Source: Eledone cirrhosa (Eukaryota). Taken from it: a stretch of DNA of 64,000 nucleotides. Shown here piece after piece: positions 26,217 through 38,861 of this stretch (the first letter of the stretch is position 1; each line of letters opens with the position of its first letter). The notes under the pieces were generated by a model. It saw only the letters and a program-made list of their open reading frames with translations. It did not search any database and was not told the DNA's origin. The DNA lies in contig OZ024766.1 of assembly GCA_964016885.1 (NCBI GenBank), forward strand, positions 9,672,001 to 9,736,000, given 5' to 3'. The position numbers were made by a program, and so were the translations under genes.

Positions 26217-26351
26217 GATAAAGAAGACAAGTGGTCTGAGAAAGCTGTGGAGGCATTGATGAGCTGGAGAAGGCCATTACATCTCAGGAGTCTAATGCAA
26301 AGTGTATCACTATTGCCAGGTAGGACCACCAGTGTAGAGTGTGTGCTGTGT
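26217..26351 (+). pseudogene. Partial duplicate of SMAD exon 1 plus donor, with a 31-nt deletion
   Basis: Matches 18229 to about 18394 apart from a deletion between two TGTG microhomologies and one A>G change. Confidence 0.9.
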
Positions 26352-26360
26352 ATATATATA

Positions 26361-28140
26361 TCTAAAAGTCTAAAGTCTGTCTTAAGCCAGAAGGCTTATT
26401 TGGCCGGTGCTTATCCCGGTTTCATTGGTCTTTGGTCTTAAGTGACTGAGAGTACAAGACTCCCCCTGGACAGGACACCAGTCCATCACAGGGTTAAAGT
26501 CTGTCTTAGTTTCATTGGTGTTAAGTGACTGACAGTACAAGACTTCCCCCTGGACAGGACACCAGTCTATCACAGGGTTAAAGTCTGTCTTAGTTTCATT
26601 GGTGTTAAGTGACTGACAGTACAAGACTTCCCCCTGGACAGGACACCAGTCCATCACAGGGTTAAAGTCTGTCTTAGTTTCATTGGTGTTAAGTGACTGA
26701 CAGTACAAGACTCCCCCCTGGGCAGGACACCAGTCCATCACAGGGTTAAAGTCTGTCTTAGTTTCATTGGTGTTAAGTGACTGACAGTACAAGACTCCTC
26801 CCTGGACAGGACACCAGTCCATCATAGGGTTAAAGTCTGTCTTAGTTTCATTGGTGTTAAATGACTGAGAGTACAAGACTTCCCCCTGGACAGGACACCA
26901 GTCCATCACAGAGTTAGTTAAAGTCTGTCTTAGTGTCATTGGTGTTAAGTGACTGAGAGTACAAGACTTCCCCTTGGACAGGACACCAGTCCATCACAGG
27001 GTTAAAGTCTGTCTTAGTTTCATTGGTGTTAAGTGACTGAGAGTACAAGACTTCCCCTTGGACAGGACACCAGTCCATCACAGGGTTAAAGTCTTAGTTT
27101 CACTGGTGTTAAGTGACTGAGAGTACAAGACTCCTCCCTGGACAGGACACCAGTCCATCACAGGGTTAAAGTCTTAGTTTCACTGGTGTTAAGTGACTGA
27201 GAAGACAAGACTTCCCCCTGGACAGGACACCAGTCCATCACAGGGTTAGTTAAAGTCTGTCTTAGTGTCATTGGTGTTAAGTGACTGAGAGTACAAGACT
27301 TCCCCCTGGACAGGACACTAGTCCATCACAGAGTTAAAGTCTTAGTTTCATTGGTATTAAGTGACTGACAGTACAAGACATCCCCCTGGACAGGACACCA
27401 GTCCATTACAGGGTTAAATGCTTAGTTTCATTGGTGTTAAGTGACTGAGTGTACAAGACTCCCCCCTGGACAGGACACCAGTCCATCACAGGGTTAAAGT
27501 CTTAGTTTCATTGGTGTTAAGCGACTGAGAATACAAGACTTCCTCCTGGACAGGACATCAGTCCATCACAGGGTTAAAGTCTGTCTTAGTTTCATTCGTA
27601 TTAAGTGACTGACAGTACAAGACTTCCCCCTGGACAGGACACCAGTCCATCATAGGGTTAAAGTCTGTCTTAGTTTCATTGGTGTTAAATGACTGAGAGT
27701 ACAAGACTTCCCCCTGGACAGGACACCAGTCCACCACAGGGTTAAAGTCTTAGTTTCACTGGTGTTAAGTGACTGAGAAGACAAGACTTCCCCCTGGACA
27801 GGACACCAGTCCACCACAAGGTTAAAGTCTTAGTTTCACTGGTGTTAAGTGACTGAGAAGACAAGACTTCCCCCTGGACAGGACACCAGTCCATCACAGG
27901 GTTAGTTAAAGTCTGTCTTAGTGTCATTGGTGTTAAGTGACTGAGAGTACAAGACTTCCCCCTGGACAGGACACCATTCCATCACAGGGTTAAACCTCCA
28001 GCTATTGCTGGTACTCATTTTCAGCTGAGTATACTGGAACAACGTGAAATGAAGTGTTTTGCTCAAGAACACAACACACAAACCCACAAAATTATGATTG
28101 TAAGTCCAACACCCTTACCACTAGGCCACATGCCTCCACC
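26361..28140 (-). mobile_element. tRNA-derived SINE (Meta-domain-like) with internal 80-88-bp tandem array (~18 copies)
   Basis: Head GGAGGCATGTGGCCTAGTGGTAAG (A-box), CTTGAGCAAAACACTT, AACCCTGTGATGGACTGGTGTCCTGTCCAGGGGGA repeated, GACTTTA repeat tail. Confidence 0.75.
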
Positions 28141-28251
28141 CATATATATACATATATAGTGTATATAAACTATGTACAGTGTGTGTGGTGGATATAGATG
28201 TATTTATACAGTGTTGTGTAAATATACGTGTATTTCGAGGTAGGAGTGAGG

Positions 28252-28282
<31 letters not shown>

Positions 28283-28344
28283 CGTACAGTGTGTGGTGTA
28301 TATTGTTATACGTGTATATAGTGTTTTGTGTATATATGTTGTTT

Positions 28345-28963
28345 ACTCGAGAGAAGACTACGTTGGTACGGTCACGTGATGCGCATGAAAGACGACAGCT
28401 GTATAAAAAAGTGCAGGGCAATAAAGATAGACGGTAGCCACGGAGTAGGCAGACCCAGAAAAACCTGGGACGACTTGATAAATTCCGACCTCACACACTT
28501 AAACCTCTCCAAGACAATGTCACTGGACCGAGACCTTTGGCGGTACTCAGTAATACAGAAGACCCGCCTTACCTAAATACAAAGTAAAACCTACTACAGT
28601 CAGCAGGCACCTCTAACAAAAATACACCCCTGTCCCACTACCCCCACCTCATCTACACCACCCCTTTCAATGTAAAGTTATGTTGGTACCACAACATCCA
28701 GGCCGAAACAAATGAGGTTGTGTAGGTGTCACGACAAAAAAAACACACAGTCCACGCTGTAATGTGGCCGTGTAGGTAACACGGTAAAAACCTCCCAGCC
28801 CCACACTGTAGATGTGGTTGGTGTTAGGAAGGGCATCCAGCCGTAGAAAACCCGCCAGACAGTCCTATACGAGCAAGACAACCACTCTTGCCTCAAGTGG
28901 GAAAACTCCCGTCTAAACCCATGCTAGCGTGGAAGATGGACGTTAAATGATGATGATGATGAT
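28345..28963 (+). mobile_element. RTE LINE 3' end (ORF end, 3'UTR, (ATG)n tail)
   Basis: LERRLRWYGHVMRMKDD..GRPRKTW; near-identical to the 3' part of 36085-37810. Confidence 0.85.
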
Positions 28964-28966
28964 ATG

Positions 28967-28997
<31 letters not shown>

Positions 28998-29120
28998 TAT
29001 ATATATATATATATATATATATACAGTGTGTGGTGTATATTGTTATACATGTATATAGTGTTTTATGTATATATGTATGTATACACACTACATGTATAGT
29101 GCTTGTGTGTGGTGTTATTG

Positions 29121-29160
<40 letters not shown>

Positions 29161-29177
29161 TGTAGACTGTATATGTG

Positions 29178-29211
<34 letters not shown>

Positions 29212-29304
29212 TGTAGACTATATGTGGTATATATATATATATATAGTGTGTAGACAGTATATGTGGTGTATATATATACTGTATATTTATGCACACACAG
29301 TATA

Positions 29305-29346
<42 letters not shown>

Positions 29347-29704
29347 TCATGAGGTTGTGAGTTCAATGCGTTATGTCCTTGAGCAAGACACTTTATTTCA
29401 CGTTGCTCCTTCTATCTGGAGTTGCGACCGATAGATAGTATTAGCAATTGGAAAGACCAATGGAAACGTTGTTTCCTCGGTCCGATTTGATGAAAGTCAA
29501 TCATTCATATATATATGTTTGTGTGTATAAAAAGTAAACAGAAATAACAAAACAAACGACACAGTACATGGAAGAAATATATTAGTTTAACACTTGAAAT
29601 AACCGGAAAGAAGTCTTAACATTTCGGATGCAAGTCCTTCATCTACACAAACAGAGACATAGAGATATATAGATTAACATACACATATATGTACAGATAT
29701 ACTG

Positions 29705-29746
<42 letters not shown>

Positions 29747-29830
29747 AAGGGTAAACAGAAATCACAACACAATTGGTACAGTATATGGAAGGTATATATT
29801 AGGTTAACACTTGATATAGCAGGAAGAGGG

Positions 29831-29866
29831 TCTTAACGTTTCGGACGCTAGTCCTTCATCAGAAGA
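29831..29866 (-). ncRNA. Minimal type-I hammerhead in a Penelope-like 3' terminal repeat
   Basis: Identical to 10935-10970; a decayed sister copy lies at about 29614-29645. Confidence 0.8.
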
Positions 29867-30111
29867 AAGAATGGGAAATAAAATAGATTGAGGGGACGGG
29901 TGGGTTGGAATTGGAAAAAATGTCTTTAGATAAAATTAACAGGTCCATTCATGTTGACATCTCTTGCAAAACTGTTGGTGCTGGCCTTTTGTGTATGATT
30001 TGTTTTTTAGAAAAGTGGATGATGGAGCGCGTCTACCTGAAATGGAAAAAACTGTTTTGTAAAAAGAGCTATGCTTGAGCACGTGCGTAAACATGAGTTT
30101 GTGTGTGTGTT

Positions 30112-30591
30112 ATTGATAATAATAATGAAATTATTGTGTAAAGTGCTCAGGTGCAATACAACTCGTCAATATAGTACATAGAATAATACACAAATGTCAG
30201 GGAAGTACATGTGTGTATGTGTTAGCTGTAGTGTTGGCGGATCTCGGGAAGCATGGAGGCCTTAAAGGATGCAGTGTCTCGACAGCTAACAACTGATGCA
30301 GGGAATTTGTTCCATGCTTCAGCAACTCTGAGCGTGAAAAAATGTTTCCGAAAGTCATGGGAACTGTGCTGTTTTCTTACTTTGTGGGCATGCCCACGTG
30401 TGTTAGACACATGGAAATCAAAAAGGTACTCAGGGTTGTTGTTGACAACATGGTTAACAATTTTGTGGGTGTTTACCAAGTCAGTTGCCAGGCGTCGGAG
30501 CTTCAATGAATCCATGCGCAGGGAAGCAAGGCGCTCAGAGTATGGTAGATGCCTGATGGAGGGTATTCGCTTGGTTGCACGTCTCTGAATA
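30112..30591 (-). mobile_element. CR1-like LINE 3' end nested in the Penelope-like remnant
   Basis: IQRRATKRIP..LPYSERL..SLKLRR..TRGH..K..FRKHFFTLRVAEAWN; (ATT)n tail. Confidence 0.85.
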
Positions 30592-30737
30592 TATCCGTAC
30601 GAAGATAAGAAAAAATGTGTGTGTATATGTGAGTAAAAGAGTGTGTGTGCATGTAAGTACGAAGCTATGAGCAAAGAGAAAGCGATAGGAATCTAGCGGT
30701 GTTATAATGGACAGGGTATTAGAGAAATTGGGGAGGT

Positions 30738-30936
30738 GAGTTGAGTCCAAGAGAGGAATAGGACCCAAGACGGTGAAATCAGACTTTGTTCAGTCCTGGT
30801 GCACGAGGCCTGTGATCCATGATGTAAAAGGACACCCAGGACTGAAACATGTAGGGAAGAATGACCAGGAGAATGGAAATGACGGGTGACAGGAGTATCC
30901 AAACCGAGTCGTATGTCCCTCAAATGTTCGGCAAAA
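30738..30936 (-). mobile_element. Penelope-like element, C-terminal part of the GIY-YIG endonuclease (frameshifted)
   Basis: FAEHLRDIRLGLDTPVTRHFHSPGHS..VSVLG..TEQSLI/HRLGSYSSLGLN. Confidence 0.75.
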
Positions 30937-31184
30937 GAAAATGCAAAGTAGTTTCAGATGTTAAGGTCCTTTAATGATAATGCTGTGATACATATTTCAT
31001 TGACAACAGTGGCCACACTCTTCGGTGTACCCAGTGTCATGTCATCATCAAACAGCTTCTTATATAATAAGGTCACGTTTCCGAGGCAATCCAAATTGAA
31101 TCGACAAGGGAAGGGACAAAGCAGGTGTTATATATATATATATAGAGAGAGAGAGAGAAACTGTGTCTGAGAGGGATAGAATGT

Positions 31185-31445
31185 AGTGTACGGGAGAGGA
31201 GACTGAGGTGGTATGGACATGTGATGCGCATGGAGGATGACCGATGGGTGAAGAAGTGCCAGGAAATGCCAGTTGACGTGGTATAGGTAGACCACGAAAA
31301 ACATGGGCGGAGGTGGTGAGAACAGACCTCAGACCATTGAAGCTCACGGTTGAAGGACCGTGATGAGTGGAGAGATGCTGTGCTGAATAAGACCCGTCCC
31401 ACCCTTGCAAGCAGGGAAAAGCGGACGTAAAATGATGATGATGAT
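31185..31445 (+). mobile_element. RTE LINE 3' end
   Basis: Homologous to 290-563. Confidence 0.8.
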
Positions 31446-31451
31446 AATAAT

Positions 31452-31770
31452 ATATAAACGTTTGGAGTTAGAAGGCCAAAACACTGCAGGTATGGATATA
31501 GAATATAAATACAAATGCAAAAGATATCGCTGACAATTAGTCTTTTACCTTAGATTTATTTGAATATCCTTAATTTTCGAGATAATATCTCTTCTTCGGA
31601 GGGAAGTAAATGGGTTAATCCAGTTAATCCGAAGAGATATCTCGAAAATTAAGGATATTCAAATAAATTTAAGCTGAAAGGCTAATTGTCAGCGATATCT
31701 TTTGCATTTGTATTTATATTCTATATCCATACCTGCATTTGTTTTGGCCTTCTAACTCCAAACGTTTATA
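31452..31770. mobile_element. ~140-bp-arm palindrome with a hammerhead-like motif (31568-31602, - strand, CCGAAGA core)
   Basis: Arms are reverse-complementary; CCT-CCGAAGA-A-GAGAT/ATCTC-GAAA-ATT-A-AGG. Confidence 0.6.
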
Positions 31771-31822
31771 CCTCACTACGCAATGCTTCAAGTAAACTAC
31801 AATTTCCTCTATATATATATAT

Positions 31823-31978
31823 ATCATCATCATCATTTTACATCCACTTTTCCCTGCTTGCAAGGGTGGGGCAGTTCTTATTCAGCTCAGCATCTCTCCA
31901 CTTGTCACGGTCCTTCGTCATCTCCACCGTGAGCTTCAGCGATCTGAGGGCTGTTCTCACCACCTACGCCCATGTTTA
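31823..31978 (-). mobile_element. RTE LINE 3' terminus
   Basis: Reverse complement of about 410-563. Confidence 0.8.
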
Positions 31979-32179
31979 TCGTATATATATATATATCTTT
32001 CGTTGTTTTTGGTATTGTATGGTTGGGGTTTGCCTACTGCAATTTTCAATTTGTCAAGCTATTTAAACATGTTATTACTCTAACGACCTACCCTTATTGA
32101 GTGCTTTGCTACTCATTCCTTATTGTAGGTCGACTTTGCTTGGCCACAACCAAAGCTTCGATTTTACTAAGCTTCCACT

Positions 32180-32235
<56 letters not shown>

Positions 32236-32359
32236 CACACAGACAAACATGTATATAGTCACAGACATATGCATATACATACAAACATATATGTATATGA
32301 ACATATACATATATACACACACACAGACAGGTATAAATATACATATATATATATATATA

Positions 32360-33583
32360 TATCTAGGGCGGGTAAAATTCCTGAGATCCATGGACAAGTT
32401 CTCTCCAGCGGTCTCTGTCCCTCATTATCGCTGCCATGTCCTGCGTCTCCAACAGCCCAGTGTCTGTCCTTAGGGCATCAACATATGTCAACCTTGGTCT
32501 TCCTCTTCCAGTGTGTCCATGTAAGGGCTCCCACAGGAGCACTGAGTGCAGTGTCAACTCTAGGTGTTGGTGAGCATGTCCAACTAACCTAGTGTGTCCA
32601 TGTATGGGCTCCCACAGGAGCACTGAGTGCAGTGTCAGCTCTGGATGTCGGTGAACATGTCCAGCTAACCCAGTGTGTCCATGTAGGGGCTCTCACAGGA
32701 GCACTGAGTGCAGTGTCAGCTCTGGATGTCAGTGAGCATGTCCAGCTAACCTAGTGTGTCCATGTAGGGGCTCTCACAGGAACACTGAGTGCAGTGTCAG
32801 CTCTGGATGTCGGTGAGCATGTCCAGCTAACCTAGTGTATCCATGTAGGGGCTCCCACAGGAGTACTGAGTGCAGTGTCAACTCTGGATGTCGGTGTGCA
32901 TGTCCAGCTAACCCAGTGTGTCCATGTAGGGGCTCCCACAGGAGCACTGAGTGCAGTGTCAACTCTGGATGTCGGTGAGCATGTCCAGCTAGCCTAGCGT
33001 GTCCATGTAGGGACTCCCACAGGAGTACTGAGTGCAGTGTCAACTCTGGATGTCGGTGTGCATGTCCAGCTAACCCAGTGTGTCCATGTAGGGGCTCCCA
33101 CAGGAGTACTGAGTGCAGTGTCAACTCTGGATGTCGGTGTGCATGTCCAGCTAACCCAGTGTGTCCATGTAGGGGCTCCCACAGGAGCACTGAGTGCAGT
33201 GTCAGCTCTGGATGTCAGTGAGCATGTCCAGCTAACCTAGTGTATCCATGTAGGGACTCCCACAGGAGTACTGAGTGCAGTGTCAACTCTGGATGTCGGT
33301 GAGCATGTCCAGCTAACCTCAGTCTCCTCTGTGTCACTTTTGAGCTGACTTTTGGGAGGCTCCCGTACAGCTCTGAGTTCTTCATCCTCAGTGTATACTG
33401 ATTAATGTTCAGAGCCATCCTCAGCATTCTCGTGTAGCACCCATCCACCATCTGAGTGAGTTTCTTGGTCAGTGTCCAAGTCTCAGACCCGTACAGCAGC
33501 ACAGACTCCACTACAGCATCGAAGAGGCGGATCTTCAGGTCTTTACGAAGGTCCGACTTCCACACTGATCTCAAGCTGTTCAT
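32360..33583 (-). mobile_element. RTE-like LINE 3' part with 81-bp array (~10 copies)
   Basis: VWKSDLRKDLKIRLFDAVVESVLLYGSETWTLTK...GRPRLTYVD..RDRDRW. Confidence 0.88.
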
Positions 33584-33604
33584 TTGAAGGAAATCGTCAG
33601 GAAA

Positions 33605-33649
33605 TCCCTGATGATTTCCTTCGAATGAAACAGTTCTGGTTCTGTAGGA
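33605..33649 (+). ncRNA. Type-I hammerhead motif
   Basis: TCC-CTGATGA-TTTCCTTCGAAT-GAAA-CAG..CTG-TA-GGA; stem I covaries with the 10155 and 57675 copies. Confidence 0.6.
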
Positions 33650-33741
33650 GCCATTTCTATATTAAATATATATATTTATATATATATATAACCCATGCTA
33701 GCGTGGAAAATGGACGTTAAACGAAGATGATGATGATGATG

Positions 33742-33796
<55 letters not shown>

Positions 33797-33959
33797 TCTA
33801 CTATACACACACATGTATGTATAGATGTATAGAAACTCTTATATACGCACACACAGTCTCAATATACATCCAGTGACGTAGGTAAACTCACACACACACA
33901 CACACACACAATCACAGACAGACACATACACACATCAGACAGCCATGGATACACACACA

Positions 33960-34856
33960 GACATATATACACAAACATATAAACACACACACACATCAGA
34001 CACCCAGACAACACACATATACACGCACACACCACAGACATATATATATAGACATATATATATACAGACATATATATATATATATACAGACATATATATA
34101 TATATATAGACATATATATATAGACATATATATAGACATATATATATATAGACATATATATATAGACATATATATAGACATATATATATATACAGACATA
34201 TATATATATACAGACATATATATATATAGACATATATATATACAGACATATATATATATACAGACATATATATATATATATATAGACATATATATATATA
34301 TAGACATATATATATATATATATAGACATATATATATACAGACACATATATATATATATATATATAGACATATATATATACTGACATATATATATACAGA
34401 TATATATATATAGACATATATATACATATATATATACACACATATATATATACAGATATATATATATATATACATATATATATACACACATATATATATA
34501 TAGACATATATATATATATATAGACATGTATATATATACAGACAGAGATATATACAGGCATATATATATATATATAGACATATATATATATATATATACA
34601 GACATATATATATATATAGACATATATGTAGACATATATATATATATATACAGACATATATATACACAGACATATATATACACAGACATATATATACACA
34701 GACATATATATACACAGACATATATATATATACAGACATATATATATACAGACATATATATATAGACATATATATATATATATATAGACATTTATATATA
34801 TATACACAGACATATATATATATACAGACATATATATATACAGACATATATATATA

Positions 34857-34892
<36 letters not shown>

Positions 34893-34943
34893 TATATATA
34901 TATATATATATATAGACATTTATATATATACACAGACATATAT

Positions 34944-35003
<60 letters not shown>
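33960..35003. repeat. (TA)n-GACA / (CA)n satellite
   Basis: Direct reading. Confidence 0.9.
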
Positions 35004-35004
<1 letters not shown>

Positions 35005-35219
35005 CGTTCTTTTTTTCTCATATACACACCACAAAACGAGTCTCTACGTAGTTGCTAGACGTGCTAGAAATAGCAGCCAATTCCACCACTTCCCTCTCTT
35101 AAATCACATCACGTTAATGACAGAGAGAGAGAGAGGAGTCATGGGATAATGTGTGTCCCTGTCGGCAACTCCTAAACCGACGTGATGGCCATGGTTGGAG
35201 TGGAGAGCCTTCTCTCGCC

Positions 35220-35260
<41 letters not shown>

Positions 35261-35327
35261 TTGCAGAAGGTGTACAACATTTAACGAAAGCAACTAGACG
35301 ACCACATGACTTGACGTCTTTCGCGAA

Positions 35328-36096
35328 CATCATCACCATCATCACCACCACCACCATCATTATCACCACCCCCACCACCATCATTATCACCACCCCCACC
35401 ACCATCATTATCACCACCACCACCACCATCATCATCACCACCACCACCATCACCACTACCACCATCACCACCACCACCATCATCATCATGTACACCATCA
35501 TCACCACCACCACCACCATCATCACCACCACCACCATCATTATCACCACCCCCACCACCATCATTATCACCACCACCACCACCATCATCATCATCACCAC
35601 CACCATCAGCACTACCACCACCACCACCACCATCACCACCACCACCATCATTATCACCACCCCCACCACCATCATTATCACCACCACCACCACCATCATC
35701 ATCATCACCACCACCATCAGCACCATCATGTACACCTCCATGTACACCACCATCATCACCACCATCATGTACACCATCATATACACCACCATCACCACCA
35801 CCACCACCACCACCATGTACATCATCACCACCATCATGTACACCACCATGTACACCTCCACCATCATGTACACCACCATCATCACCACCATTATCACCAC
35901 CATCATGTACACCATCATATGCACCACCACCACCACCACCATCACCACTACCATGTACACCATCACCACCATCATGTACACCACCATGTACACCACCATC
36001 ACCATGTACACCACCATCACCACCACCATTATCACCACCATCATGTACACCATCATCATCACTATCACCACCATCATAACCATCATCATCATCATC
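35328..36096. repeat. (CAC/CAT)n tract
   Basis: Direct reading. Confidence 0.95.
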
Positions 36097-37810
36097 GTTT
36101 AACGTCCATCTTCCACGCTTGTATGGGTTTGGACGGGTGTTTTCCCACTTGAGGCAAGAGTGGTTGTCTTGCTCGTATAGGACTGTCTGGCGGGTTTTCT
36201 ACGGCTGGATGCCCTTCCTAACACCAACCACGTTTACAGTGTGGGTCTGGGAGGTTTTTACCGTGTTGCCTACACGGCCACATTACAGCGTGGACTGTGT
36301 GTTTTTTTGTCGTGACACCTACACGCCCTCATTTATTTAGGACTGGATGTTGTGGTACCAACATAACTTTACATTGAAAGGGGTGGTGTAGATGGGGGTG
36401 GGGGTAGTGGGACGGGGGTGTATTTTTGTTAGAGGTGCCTACTGACTATAGTAGGTTTCACTTTGTACTTAGGTAAGGCGGGTCTTCTGTATTACTGTGT
36501 ATCACCAAAGATCTCGGTCCAGTGACCTTGTCTTGGAGAGGTGTAAGTGTGTGAGGTTGGAATTTAGCAAGTCGTCCCAGGTTTTTCTGGGTCTGCCTAC
36601 TCCGTGGCTACCGTCTATTTTTATTGCCCTGCACTTTTTTATACAGCTGTCGTCTTTCATGCGCATCACGTGACCGTACCAACGTAGTCTTCTCTCGAGT
36701 AAACAGCATCTGATCCCTCTTATTCCTAATTTCTCCCTTAGTTCGTTTATGCATTGCCGTTCACGTATATTACTATTACACATCCAACGGAGCATGCAAG
36801 CTTCGTTCCTCTCCAGTCTGCGTATATCCTCTGCACACAATGCCCAGGTCTCACTGCCATGCAACATTGTTATTTGTATGCAGGCATCATACAGCCTGCC
36901 TTTCATTTTTAGAGAGAACCTTTTAGCGGCCAATAGTGGTATAAGCTCTCTGAACTTTTTCCATCCAGTTCTGACTCTGGCTACTGTACTTTCGGAGCAC
37001 CCTCCACCACTGTTGATTTGTCACCCAGGTAACGGAAGGTGTCCACTATTTCTATAGAACCATCTGTGCAATGGAATGAGCTAGTATTCTGTGGGCACTT
37101 GCTGCTACTTATTGCACCAGAGCACCAGCCACATATAAAATCTATGTTCTTAGTTAGCTTACCTGTGATACATCTTTTATGCACCCATACTTTGCATTTG
37201 GGACATAAAATGGAGTTTCTGCCTACTCCTTTCCTACACACTGAGCATGGCCATTTCCCAGATGGGACTGGTGCCCTATTTTCCTTCCTACAAACTAGAA
37301 CTTTAGTCTTAGACAGGTTAATTGTAAGGCCTTTTGATTCTAGGCCATGCTTCCATGTTTGGAATTTCTTCTCTAGTTCAGCCATTGATTCATCTATGAG
37401 CGTTAGATCATCTGCGTATAGGAGTTCCCATGGGCAGCCAGTCTTGAACTCCTCTGTTATAGCCTGAAGGGCAATAATAAATAGGAGGGGGCTAAGGGCG
37501 GAGCCCTGATGAACACCAACTTTTACGCTAAACTCTTCACTATATTCGTTGTTAATTCTAACCTTGCTGACTGTTTCTTTATACATGGCTTGTATAGCTC
37601 TCACAAGCCATTCATCAGCACCTAGTTTTCTAAGGGCCCACCAGATAATGGAGCGGGGGACTCTGTCAAAGGCTTTCTCCAAGTCAACAAAAGCTAAGTA
37701 AAGGGGTTTACTTTTAGCTCGGTACTTCTCCTGTAGTTGTCGTACAATGAAAAGAGCGTCTGTGGTACTTTTACCTGACACAAACCCGAACTGCATTTCA
37801 TCTAGATCAA
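36085..37810 (-). mobile_element. 5'-truncated RTE LINE with reverse transcriptase domain (defective)
   Basis: [42 protein letters not shown]; frameshift near 37020, premature stop at 36502; full 3'UTR and tail. Confidence 0.93.
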
Positions 37811-37891
37811 TATATACATATAAATATATATATATACATATAAATATATATATATATACATATAAATATATATATATATATACATATATAC

Positions 37892-37940
<49 letters not shown>

Positions 37941-38017
37941 TACATATATACATATATATATATATACATATAAATATATATATATATACATATAAATATA
38001 TATATATATACATATAA

Positions 38018-38048
<31 letters not shown>

Positions 38049-38172
38049 CATATACATATAAATATATATATACATATAAATATATATATATATATATATA
38101 TACATATAAATATATATATATATATACATATAAATATATATATATATATATATATACATATAAATATATATA

Positions 38173-38213
<41 letters not shown>

Positions 38214-38522
38214 ATTTATATGTATATATATATTTATATATATACATATAAATATATAGCCGTCTATAATATACATATAAATATATAGCCGTCTATAATA
38301 TACATATAAATATATAGCCGTCTATAATTAGCCGTCGAAACGGCTTGAGCTCAGCCGTCGGGGTCTTACTTGTTCCTATTACCCACTCTACTACCCTAAG
38401 TATTGAGTACTTTGGTGCGTTATGGTCCACCTGGTTCCTTACCACATTTCCTTCGTTATGTATATATATATATATATATACAATATAATAACAAATGGAA
38501 ACTATATTTATAAAACCATATC

Positions 38523-38588
38523 TATTTTATTATACATATTTCAAGGGCCACCAAGGCAAATTATGGTGCACTTTCATCAGATAAAATA
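38523..38588 (-). ncRNA. Type-I hammerhead ribozyme
   Basis: TATTTTAT-CTGATGA-AAG..CACCA/TGGTG..CTT-GAAA-TATGTAT-A-ATAAAATA. Confidence 0.75.
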
Positions 38589-38861
38589 CAATACAGATTT
38601 GTTTTATAAATAAATATTGACATACCCTGAAAAAAGACAACCTTAACGGTTGGAGCTTCCTGGATAGTGGAGATATTACATTTATTGAGGGTGATAGAAA
38701 GTTATGAGTGAGTATGCAAATGAGTGTCTGAAATGTTGAAAAGGTTTATTTAAATTAATCTGTTGGAAGAAGGTGATATGTGAGGGAGAGAGAAAAAAAG
38801 AAAGTAAGTTATAAACATTTTTAAGCTTGTTGAATCCCAACAAATTAAATATAATCTCTAC

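Noticed and set aside
35160-35330. Possible exon after (GTCT)n-TTGCAG
   Set aside because: No SMAD similarity, no clear donor, and it runs into (CAC)n
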